From contig JAXLNO010000101.1 of assembly GCA_038087875.1 (NCBI GenBank), forward strand, positions 124,001 to 188,000: 64,000 nucleotides of DNA, in the 5' to 3' direction. Positions 54,050-64,000 of this stretch are shown piece by piece. The DNA comes from Malacoraja senta (Eukaryota). Both the position numbers and the translations under genes were made by a program. Within the stretch, counting starts at the first letter, position 1. The number at the start of each line of letters is the position of its first letter. The notes below the pieces were generated by a model. That model searched no databases, had not been told where the DNA came from, and was given only the letters and a program-made list of their open reading frames with translations.

Positions 54050-54530
54050 TCCAATCAATCTAGCCCAACTTGCCCACGATTGCTCCATAGCCTTCCAACC
54101 ACTTCTATCCATACACTTGTTGAAATGTCTCTTATACATTGTAATCGAAGCCATCACTTCAGCTTCCTCTTGCAGCCATTCCACCTCACCACAACTGCCT
54201 TTGTAAAAAGTGTTGCCTCTCAGTACCTTCTGAATCTATCCACTCTGGCGTCTTCCAGATTTAGACTCCCCAGGCTTGGAAAAACGACAGGAACCGTCTA
54301 CCGTTTCCCTTGCCCCTGATGATGAAATATACCTCTGTAATGTCACCCATCAATCTCCTACTGTCCGGTGAAAACGTTCCAACCTGTCCCTGCTCTCCTT
54401 AAATCTCAAACTCTTCCGCCGCGGTAACAGTTTTATGATTCTTACCTGCGCCGTTTTGAATTTCAAATATTCCTTCCAATCGCTAGAAGACCAGTTTGGT
54501 CTCAAATATGATTTGTACAGTTCGGGGGAC
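54050..54530 (-). mobile_element. Old degenerate CR1 3' fragment
   Basis: Residual RDRLE and YLRPNW-like segments and a GCCCAACTTGCCCA 3'UTR motif. Confidence 0.5.
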
Positions 54531-54589
54531 CACTTGGAATAACAGTTCACTAAGTAACCGACCGGGTAATTCACCTCTACCCTCGTATC

Positions 54590-55240
54590 GGTGGTCCACA
54601 TCGCACCCAAAGTCAACGCCAATGTGGCTCTGGACAATTTATACTCCGTCGTGTACTCTCTGTAAGCACCAGACACTGATGCCCTGCTCATCGTCTGCGG
54701 TGACTGCAATCAATCGTACTTCAGGAATGCACTGGAAACTAAAATCAGCATATCCCCTTCCTCACAATGGGCGTCAATATTCTGGGCTACACCTCCATCT
54801 AGTATGTCCACGGTTCCAGCACAAGTACCATGCTCTCAAAGCCAGGAAAACCAAGGATCTGATTCTGGACTTCGGAGCAGGAAGGATGAGGTCCTACAAA
54901 CCTGTCTAGATCGACTGGACGATGAAGGAGAGAGGCCAAAGCTGCACATTCCTGCGCATGGAAGTCTTTGAAGATCTTTCCTGGACCCAGAACGTTGATG
55001 CAATTATAAGACCTCTACTCCCTGAAAGATTACGGACATTCAGTATGTCATCGAGTATTGTCTTGAACTTCCACAGGTGTAGAGTAGAGAGCAAGTTGTC
55101 TGGTTGCACAACGACCTGGGTCGGCAACCTGAATGCCAGGAGCGACGGAGACTGCAACATGTGATTAACACTGCCCAGTCCATCACGTGTACTGACTTCC
55201 CCACCATCGAGGGATCTACAGCAGTCGCTGCCTCAAACAT
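54590..55240 (+). mobile_element. Degenerate Rex1-like fragments
   Basis: KTKDLILDF, EDLSWTQN, FHRCRVES..GCTTTWVGN. Confidence 0.6.
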
Positions 55241-55597
55241 TGCATCAATGGTCGACAGAGTGCAATTTGGGCTCTGAAATGTATTCACATCAACCCCATC
55301 CCAATTATTATGTACACGGCAAACGAGCAGGAAACTGATAGACACGGCTCAGAGTCCGAAACGGCAAAAACGCTGAAATGTTGAGGTCCCCGTTTGTGGA
55401 TTGTGTTGAGCAGAACTTCCTTTAAGGCAGCTCATTCCCGCCCATTGTAATTCATACTGAACCAGTTTGGTGTCCGGTAACTTTACCTGGTGGTTTCTGA
55501 CAATGTTACAGAACCTGCTAGTCCGTGATGCCGGAGATTTACCTTCCATCACTGGGTCCGTAGCCGCGTGGACATACACTCCAAGTACGCATCTCAG

Positions 55598-55866
55598 TGT
55601 TTTTAGGAGATACCGCATTCAAACGGGCTAGTTGGCCCACCGAGTCCGCGCCGACCAGCGAACGCCGTACACTAGCACTATCCTGCACTAGGCACAACCT
55701 GTACGTCTTTGGAGTGTGGGGGAAAACCGCAGCACCCGGAGATAACCCCAGGCAGCGCCTGGGAGAACATATGAGCTCCGTACCGACAATACCCATAGTC
55801 AGGATCGAACCCGGGTCCCTGGCGTTGTGAGGCAACAACTCTACCGCTGCGCCACCGTGCCACCCC
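55598..55866 (-). mobile_element. tRNA-derived V-SINE (HE1-like)
   Basis: Head GGTGGCGCAGCGGTAGAG..GGGTTCGATCC (A/B boxes); V-domain TCCGGGTGCTGCGGTTTTCCCCCACACTCCAAAGAC; LINE-like tail. Confidence 0.82.
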
Positions 55867-56159
55867 GCTGATCAAACGTGATGAAGTTGCTGCCTCTCCC
55901 ACCGTCTTCGGCATCGAGTTCCATTCTACGTGTGGAAAATTGTCCTCATTTCAATGAATCATCTCATTATCAGCATATTTTGTCTCGCTTTCGACGAACG
56001 GTATTTTGCCCACACACACTATACAGAAGATCTGAGATATAAATACTGTATGTGGTGCAGAAAGTACTTCGAGTAGGTGGGGCAGTTACTGAATCTGATA
56101 CCTTGTCCACTTAGGCACATGTTGAGTGTACTGACGTGATACAGACACATCGTATACAA

Positions 56160-56490
56160 GGGCGGCACAGTGACACCGCTGATATAGCTGCTGCCTCACA
56201 GCGCACGGGACCGGGCATTTATCCTGACCTCGGGTGTTGTCTGTGGGGAGTTTGTACATTAGCTCTGTGACCGCGCGGGTTTCTTCCGGGTGTTGTGGTT
56301 TCCTCCCACATCCCAAAAATATGCGAGTTTGCAGATTAATTGGACTGTGTGAAATTAGTCCGATTGTGCAGTGAGTGAGTGAATGCGAACGTGGTTAACA
56401 TGTAGCGGGCGTAACCGGATGGACATTGATCGTCCCCGTGGAATCTGTGGGCCTGTGTCCAAGCTGTATCTGTAAACTAAACTAAACTAA
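56160..56490 (+). mobile_element. tRNA-derived V-SINE (HE1-like), more decayed
   Basis: GGGCGGCACAGTG head, GGTTTCCTCCCACATCCCAAA V-domain, (TAAAC)n tail. Confidence 0.78.
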
Positions 56491-56759
56491 TAAAAGACAA
56501 TGGAATAACACAATGCCAGCATCACTGGGTGGGCTCACGGGGACAGATTACGGAGGGATCCATCACACAGGGAACGAACACATCCGGCACATCTTACAAA
56601 GTCCGATCATTCAAATGAGACACAAATATACCGGATAATCTTGGTCTCTCGCCGATTCTCGAATAACTGTTACTGATTAGTAACAAACTCCAAACAAGAG
56701 AAAACGTGAGTATTTACAATGTAATTCCAAAATATGCTTCCACTTCCAACAATTGTTGG

Positions 56760-57198
56760 GTGTTGCCAGGGCTAGAGAGTCTCGGCTACAGGGAGAGGTT
56801 GAGTAGGCTGGGACTCTATTCCTTGGAGCGCAGGAGGATGATGGGTGATATTGTACAGGTGTAAAAATCATGATGGGATTAGATCAGGTATATGGACAGC
56901 GTCTCTTAAACCCAGAGTAGGCGAATCGAGGAACAGAGGACATTAGTTTAATAGGTTTCTGAGGTGTAACTGTTTCACACACAGGATGGCAGGTGCATGC
57001 AACAACCTACCAGAGGAGATAGTTGAGGCTGGGAAAATCCCAACATTTAAGAAACATATGGACAGGTACATGGATAGAACAGTTTTGAAGGATATGGACC
57101 AAACGCAGGCAGGTGGGACTAGTATAGCTGGGATATGTTGGCCGGTTTGGGCAAGTTGGGCTGAATGGTCTGTTTCTTCGCTGTAGCATTCTATGGTT
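56760..57198 (+). mobile_element. CR1 3' fragment (older subfamily)
   Basis: LPGLESLGYRERLSRLGLYSLERRRM; NNLPEEIVEAG..TFKKHMDRYMD; TTCTATG end. Confidence 0.85.
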
Positions 57199-58239
57199 AA
57201 ATGATTCTACGATTCACTTCTGAATCACGGCATATAACTTCGCCTAAATTTGCGAGCTCCAATACAGGCGCCGCGTTGGACAATCGAACCACGGCTTGTG
57301 GATGGATTTTCTGGAAATCTAAGTACGAATCCCGTGAGGAACTGGTTGAGTTGAACAGCCAAGTTATTCAACTACCTGTCCACTAGAGGGCTCGCAAGCT
57401 TACGCCAGTCTATTCCCTCTGAATCCGGTTAATTTCACACATGCGCTGCTCACCGTGTGATTCGCCGAGTGTCAGGATCCATCCACTTACCCCGAATTGT
57501 CGTCGATAGACAAACCATTCAGCGTGTGACTAAAACGATATAAGCACGACGTTAACCCACACACGGTAGTTTGGGACAAATGAGGGTGGGATACATATCA
57601 AGGACAACATTGTCATTGGCCTTCGGCAATAGGGGTCGATTGGCTGAATGTTGGAGTCAAGGAACGTTTTCAGCAACAAAGGAGGTCATTTATTCCCTCG
57701 TATACAAATAGTCCAAAATGTGAATCTTTGCACTGGCCCGTGGCCCTGCGCGTGACAGGTCTTCAAGTACACATCTCAGTGTTGTTTACAGGTGATAGGC
57801 TTCCCTCCTCTCTTGCTTTCTCCGCCATCGAGTTCCCATGAGATGCCCCTTGATGTGTCAATTTATTTCCTTTTAAATCATTTAGTATATTCTCTAAACA
57901 CCCCCCAATTACTGACACTTTTAGAGTCATAGTCCTAGAGTCATAGAGTGATAGACGTCTGGCCAACTTGCCCACACCGGCCAACATGCCATGGCCGGCC
58001 GAAGGGGGGGGGGGTGCATTGGGTGCGACCGCACCCCACTCCCCCCCCCCCAGAGTAAGAAAAATCCAGAGGGGAAAAAAATCGGATACAAAAAATTGGG
58101 AAAAAAATCAGCGTTTCCACTTTGTCGGAAAAGCGCCCGAAATTCTGGATCCGGCCGCTGGTTGATTTGGGAGAAAAAAATGCGACCATCCGCGCCCTCC
58201 CCTCGCCTCCCCCCGCCGCCGGGGCCCAGGCCATTTCCC

Positions 58240-59215
58240 CCACACGCCACCCCCGCTGGCCCCCGCTGGGCCCACGTCACCCCCGCTGGCCAACGCTGGG
58301 CCCACGCTTCCCCTGCTGGGCCCACGCCACTCCTGCTGACCCACGCCACCCCCGCTGGCCCCCGCCAACCCCGCTGACGCACGCCACCCCCGCTGGGCCC
58401 ACGCCACCCCCGCTGGCCCCCGCGGGCCCACGTCACGCCCGCTGGACAACGCCACCCCCGCTGGGCCCACGCCACTCCCGCTGACCACCGCTGGGCCCAC
58501 GCCACCCCCGCTGACCACCGCTGGGCCCACGCCACCCCCGCTGACCACCGCTGGGCCCACGCCACCCCCGCTGACCACCGCTGGGCCCACGCCATCCCCG
58601 GTGGCCAACGCCACCCCCGCTGACAACCGCTGGGCCCACGCCACCCCCGCTGGGCCCACGCCACTCCCGCTGACCCACGCCACCCCCGCTGGCCCCCGCC
58701 ACCCCCGCTGACGCACGCCACCCCCGCTGGCCCCGCTGGCCCCCGCCACCCCCGCTGACGCACGCCACCCCCGCTGGCCCCCGCTGGGCCCACGCCACCC
58801 CCGCTGGCCCCCGCTGGGCCCACGCCACCCCCGCTGACCCACGCCACCCCCGTTGGCCCACGCCACGCCCGCTGGACAACGCCACCCCCGCTTGCCAACG
58901 CCACCCCCGATGGGCCCACGCCACTCCCGCTGACCACCGCTGGGCCCACGCCACCCCCGATGGGCCCACGCCACCCCCGCTGACCCACGCCACCCCCGCA
59001 GGCCAACGCCACCCCCGCTGGCCCACGCCACCCCCGCTGGCCCACGTCAACCCCGCTGGCCCACGCCAACCCCCGCTGGCCCACGCCACTCCCGCTGGGC
59101 CCACGCCACCCCTGCTGACCCCCGGTGCGCCCACGCCACCTCCGCTGGCCTACGCCACGCCCGCTGGACCACGCCACCCCCGCTGACCCACCCCACCCTC
59201 GCTGGGCCCACGCCA
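58240..59215. repeat. GC-rich minisatellite (core CCACGCCACCCCCGCTG[G/A], ~20-30-nt units)
   Basis: Direct reading; near-perfect 30-nt units at 58471-58560. Confidence 0.95.
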
Positions 59216-59669
59216 CCATCATCGCCCCCGCCCGCTGGACCCCTGCTGGGCCCGCGCCACCTTCATCTTCGCTTCCTCCCCTGCCAGAAAGAGGGGGGGG
59301 CGATGTGGGAGGGGGAGAGAGAGAGGGGGGAAGGGAGGGGGAGAGAGATGGGGAGGGAAGAGGGAAAGGGGGATTATCTTTAGTGAGATTGCAAAGTTAA
59401 GGTAGGTTTTAGAGCTATTATATTTTCTCCTCCACATGAATAATTTTAAACAATATCAAATAATATCAAACAATTGGAACTGTTCTCCTTGATAACAATA
59501 CTGAAAAATATGATTTCCATAGTTTGTGACATAAATATACATTTTAATGGGATCATTATATACAGTTGTAACATTTCCATTTCGAGATGGGGGGGGGGGG
59601 GGGGAGTTGGGGCCAAATATGCATCAAGCCGATAGCCTAATCGTTAAAGAGTTAAAAGATAACCTAATC

Positions 59670-60194
59670 AATAAAGAGCTGAGAAGAGGAATCAGAGCTG
59701 CCAAGGAAAGTGACTGAGAAGTTGAGGAGCAAGTTCTCAGCTAGTGACTCTTCTTCAGTTTGGAAGGGCATGCAAGAAATGACCAGCTATAAGAGGAAAG
59801 CCCCCGCTCTTTGGCCAATCGTCAGCTGACGAACAACCTGAATGAGTTTTACTGCAGGTTTGAAAATCAGAAACGTAACCCTGGTACCCCCTTCCCAACA
59901 AACACAGCCAAACTCCAGTCTGCAAAGAATGGACCCTGCACCCTCTCCTTCCTATTCACCACATCACACCTACTTAAGGCAATACTCCAGTATGAAAAGA
60001 CCCACGCCAACCAACACTTCACACCCAATTACTCATTTTAACCAGTCCCTGCAAAGATGTACTGTCCCTGCCTGCTTCAAAGTCTCCACTATTGTCCCTG
60101 TACCCAAAAAGGTATGGATTACTGGTCTAAATGAATACAGGCTTGTCGCTCTGACCTCTGTAGTCATGAAGACCGTTGAAATGCTTGTACTGGC
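59670..60194 (+). mobile_element. Rex1/Babar LINE fragment (host site of the ERV)
   Basis: [61 protein letters not shown]. Confidence 0.85.
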
Positions 60195-60718
60195 TGTGAT
60201 GAAGGGGTTAATAGGTATAGTTGATTTGGACAAGAACCCATTGTATAGTAGGGAGTATAGTAGGGAGTATAGAAGGGAGGATAGGGGGAGTGAATAACAA
60301 GTACAGATGGTGACTTTTCAAGGATGAGAACAGAGAAGATAAGGAGACCGTCCATTCTGGAATTAGGGTAAGGGTCATGAAAAACACTATGCGCTTGCGT
60401 AATGAGATAAATGAATATTGCAAACACGCCCATCATGACAAGATGTCTCATTTAAATGTACATGCGATGTATGGTCTGGGAGGTACCCGGGGCGTTACCT
60501 GTAGAGTGTGCACCTCAGTGGTCTGATTTGCCAAGAGCCCGAAGGGGAGGAGTAAATGTAACAAATGTAAAATGAGTTGAAGAAGAGAGAGATGAATTCC
60601 ATCCCTCGGTGTGTCTTGACAGGGGAGACACCCAACTCTGCAGACTTGCTAATCAATAAACTTGTTTCTCTACATTCTCTACGCATCGTGAGTGTTCTTT
60701 CACAATTTACGCCTGACA
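60195..60718 (+). promoter_or_regulatory. ERV 5' LTR (~524 bp)
   Basis: TGTGA...TGACA ends; AATAAA at 60655-60660; 12-bp direct repeats at 60243-60278; starts exactly where Rex1 homology stops. Confidence 0.82.
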
Positions 60719-60721
60719 ACC

Positions 60722-60741
60722 TGGGGGCTCGTCCTCGGGAT
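60722..60741 (+). promoter_or_regulatory. Primer-binding site, tRNA-Pro-like
   Basis: TGGGGGCTCGTCC-TC-GGGAT versus the canonical Pro PBS TGGGGGCTCGTCCGGGAT. Confidence 0.85.
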
Positions 60742-61056
60742 CGCCACTCCGGCCAGCTGGCGACAGTATACGGAAGAAGGGACGGTGCACCCCGTTGATT
60801 TCAGCGGTCCCAGACCCCTAGATTGTCGTCAGCGGTTTGAGCGAGTGATATCCAAGACCAGAGATTAGAGAAACAAGTGGGAGTTCCGATCCGGAGGAAG
60901 ATCGGGGGGTAATTCGCGAGGGAGCCAAATCGCGTGATTCTTGTGCACAGGACCCGGGTAAGAAAACTGACAATTAAGTACTACTCGGGCAATTTAAAGA
61001 TCTGGGGTAAACAGATCGGGGGCAAAAAGATCGGGGGGGAAATTCCGATCGGGAGG

Positions 61057-62704
61057 ATGGGCCATGCGAACGGAAAGCCCACAAGGGAGGGGAGGGGCGG
61101 TAAGCCCGACCCCAGCATTCTGCCTGATATCCGTTGGGGCGAATGCTGAGCCTCTGGGGGCCGAGAAATACCCAGGGATTGGAGAAGACAAAAATGATTC
61201 GATTCTGTTATTTTGAGTGGCCAAAACACCCAATCAAAGGAGACTCGGTCTGGTGGCCGAAGAATGGGTCAGATGAGGATTGGGTGCGACAGGCATTGAA
61301 CGTATATGTGAATAATAAATCTAACCTGTTGATAGAAGAAACCATGTATGCCGCGGTATGGGAGACGGGATGTAATCTGTTAAAATTAAAAGAAGAGGCT
61401 GAACAGTCAAGCCCCTCTTCACCCCCATGGGATATACTGGAGAACCTACCTCCTCCCTATGTACACCCACCACCCGGAGTAGCGCCACCGATCCCACCCC
61501 CGCCTCCACTTGCGGCGGCGGTGGAAGAGGTGACACCCGGACCCGCTCAGGTGGTGAGGAGAAAGGTCAGGGTAAAGCAAGAACCTAATAACAATGTTAC
61601 TGACGGTGATGACACCGACAATGAACCACCGGACCCCAGGAGTGAGGACGAGAAGGAGATGAAAAGACAGGAGGCGGAGGTAGGATCGGTAAATCACCCA
61701 CCACCGAGAGAGGGAGTCAGGAGGTCGGACAGAGTAAAAAAATACCGATAAAAATTAGACCCTTAAGGGAGGTACCCATGGGAGGACCCCACGGGGGAAT
61801 GGGATTTGTTAATGTCCCCTTAACCAGTACCGAGGTAAGGAACTTCAAGAAGGAGATGAAAAGCCCCCTTGGAGATCCTTTAGGTCTGGCGGAACAGTTA
61901 GATCAATTCCTTGGGCCAAACACTTACACATGGGAGGAGTTAATGGCCATTATGGGGAATCTCTTCACATCCGAAGATAGGCAAATGATTAGGGCAGCGG
62001 CAATGAAAAAGTGGGAACAGGAGAACCCGCCAGGGCAGCAAAATGCGGCGGCGGCAGATAAATTCCCAGTACAAGAGCCAGATTGGGACAAGGGAATAGC
62101 AGCAGGACGAGGGATTATGAGGGACCTGCGGGATATAATTATAAAAGGGATTAAAGAGGCAGTACCCAAAGGACAGAATTTTGAACGAGCATTTGAGAAT
62201 GGACAGCAGAAAGACGAGGCCCCGACAGCGTTCCTTCAAAGACTCAGGAATAACATGCAACAGTATTCCGGAATAGATCCGGACTCAGAGGCAGGACAAC
62301 AACTGCTCAGGGCCAATTTCGTGACCAAATCCTGGCCTGATGTAAGGAAGAAGTTAGAAAAGATGGAAGATTGGAATGAGAAAGTACTGTCTCAGTTACT
62401 TACGGAGGCCCAGAAAGTGTACGTGCGAAGGGATGAGGAAAAACAGAAGGGAAAGGCAAAGATTATGTTGCAGGCAGTAAAGCAAGTAGTAGACCAGGAC
62501 AAGGGAGGTACAGGATGGCGAGGGAGTTACTCCCGAGGCAGGGGAAGAGGATTCGGCAGGGGCCGGAGAAAAACGAGTACGGGACAAAGTTGGAGGACAG
62601 GACCTTCAAAATGTTATTTTTGTAATAAGGAAGGACACTTCAAAAGGGAGTGCCCTTAGCGTGTAGCGGAGTCCCGTACGTACAGTATGATGGAGAATGA
62701 ATAG
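61057..62704 (+). pseudogene. gag: ERV gag (MA-PPPY-CA-NC), two frameshifts and an extra stop
   Basis: Met-Gly start; WP..GS matrix motif; LPPPY late domain; p30-like capsid with QQKDEAPTAFLQRL; single CYFCNKEGHFKREC knuckle. Frame breaks at ~61130 and ~61740; TAG at 62657. Confidence 0.9.
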
Positions 62705-64000
62705 GGGGGTCAGGGGTTCCCGTCCCTGGGGTCGGGGGACTATAGAAGGGAACCCGTGGTAAATTTAAAAATAGGACCCCAGGGAGAAGATACGGTGTTC
62801 ATGGTAGATTCAGGAGCGGAGCGATCAAGTGTAACCAAAGTACCAATAGGTATGAAGGCAGGACAAGGGAGAATTAAAATTACTGGAGTAGGGGGGACTG
62901 TAATGGTAGCTCCCGAGATAGGAGGCGTGAATGTAAGGTATGGACACCGGGAGGCAGTAGAGGACTTAATCTTAGTACCTCAGGCTGGTATAAATTTAAT
63001 GGACAGAGATTTACAAATACAATTGGGGATAGGCACAGCACCGGTAGAGGGAAGGATAGTGGTCCAGTTGTATACTCTAAGAGAGGCGGATGAGCAAAGA
63101 ATTAATGACCAAGTATGGGCCAAGGAAGGAAACAGAGGAGGTTTGCAAATACCCCCTCTACAGATGGTATTACAGGACGGTGCCGACATAGTACGAGTAA
63201 GACAATACCCCATTTCGACCGAGGGACAAAAAGGCTTACAACCAATCATTGAGAATTTATTGAAGGACGGGGTATTGGAACCATGTATGTCCCCCTACAA
63301 TACTCCGATCCTACCAGTCAGAAAGACCGACGGGACGTTTAGACTCGTACAGGACTTAAGGGAATTGAACAAGGTAGTCCGAGCCCGACACCCGGTAGTA
63401 CCTAACCCTTACACCATCATGGGACGGATACCCCCAAGCCACAAATGGTTTAGTGTGGTAGATTTAAAGGACGTTTTCTGGAGTTGTCCGCTGGCAACAG
63501 AAAGTAGAGACTTATTTGCCTTTGAGTGGGAAAACCCGAACACCGGGCGAAAGCAACAACTCCGGTGGGCGGTGCTCCCTCAAGGTTTTACAGAATCACC
63601 CAATTTATTCGGCCAAATTTTAGAGCAGGTACTGGAGGATTTCCCAGGTCACGGGGAAACGCAACTATTACAGTACGTGGACGACCTTCTCTTGTCAGGA
63701 GAGAGGGAAGAAGAAATAAGGGACGCCACGATAGTCCTGTTAAACTTCTTGGGGAAGAAGGGGTTAAGGGTGTCCCGTAACAAGCTTCAATTTGTGGAAC
63801 AGGAGGTAAAATATCTAGGACACCTGATAAGCGGAGGAAAGAGACGAATAAACCCCGATAGGATAGCTGGAATCACGGGAGTTCCACTCCCGAGGAATAA
63901 GAAAGAAATCCGGAAATTCCTGGAGTTGATAGGATACTGTCGATTGTGGATAGATGATTACGCCCGACAGGTGAAATTCCTGTATGATAAATTGGGAGAA
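62705..64000 (+). CDS. pol: ERV pol (protease + RT), open to the window edge
   Basis: My translation gives 432 stop-free codons: FMVDSGA, SPYNTPILPV, LVQDLR, VDLKD, LPQGF, QYVDD (~63674). Absent from the ORF track because it has no stop in the window. Confidence 0.92.

Larger units (their letters stand above)
60195..64000 (+). mobile_element. Class I (gamma/epsilon-like) endogenous retrovirus, 5' half
   Basis: LTR, PBS, gag, amber codon, pro, RT in order; continues past the window. Confidence 0.93.

Noticed and set aside
55790..55866. tRNA gene
   Set aside because: The A/B boxes belong to a SINE head that continues into a V-domain.
57990..58160. hAT/MITE with terminal inverted repeats
   Set aside because: Only 6 bp of clean inverted match and no TSD found; kept only as a remark in the minisatellite finding.
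57927..59222. Gly/Ala/Trp-rich ORFs of 233-431 aa
   Set aside because: Translations of the GC minisatellite in all three minus frames.

Overview
Vertebrate, gene-free, repeat-only window. The SINE, CR1 and Penelope types suggest an elasmobranch (shark/skate/ray), but that is an inference. Bases 1-35574 are a strongly strand-asymmetric satellite of 22- and 25-nt monomers ([A/T]TTTGCATTTTCAAA[C/G]CAAACC[ACC]) with kb-scale higher-order duplications. Two CR1 3' fragments and a 5'-truncated L1/Tx1-type LINE (carrying an L2 tail) interrupt it. Bases 35575-52930 are a dense nest of retroelements, nearly all on the minus strand: a CR1 RT fragment, a Gypsy gag split by a CR1, a decayed DIRS1-type tyrosine-recombinase element, a CR1 with both ORFs intact, an L1 with intact ORF1 spanning a 200-N gap, Rex1 and Penelope. 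Bases 52930-60194 hold older CR1/Rex1 fragments, two V-SINEs and a GC-rich minisatellite. The window ends in the 5' half of a class I (gamma/epsilon-like) endogenous retrovirus with LTR, tRNA-Pro-like PBS, disrupted gag, amber read-through site and open pro-RT. No host gene is supported, and the many satellite ORFs are artefacts. I see no demonstrably new system. The best leads are the octamer + TCF/LEF motif content of the satellite, its higher-order structure, the antisense-biased TE block at the satellite edge and the ERV read-through structure.
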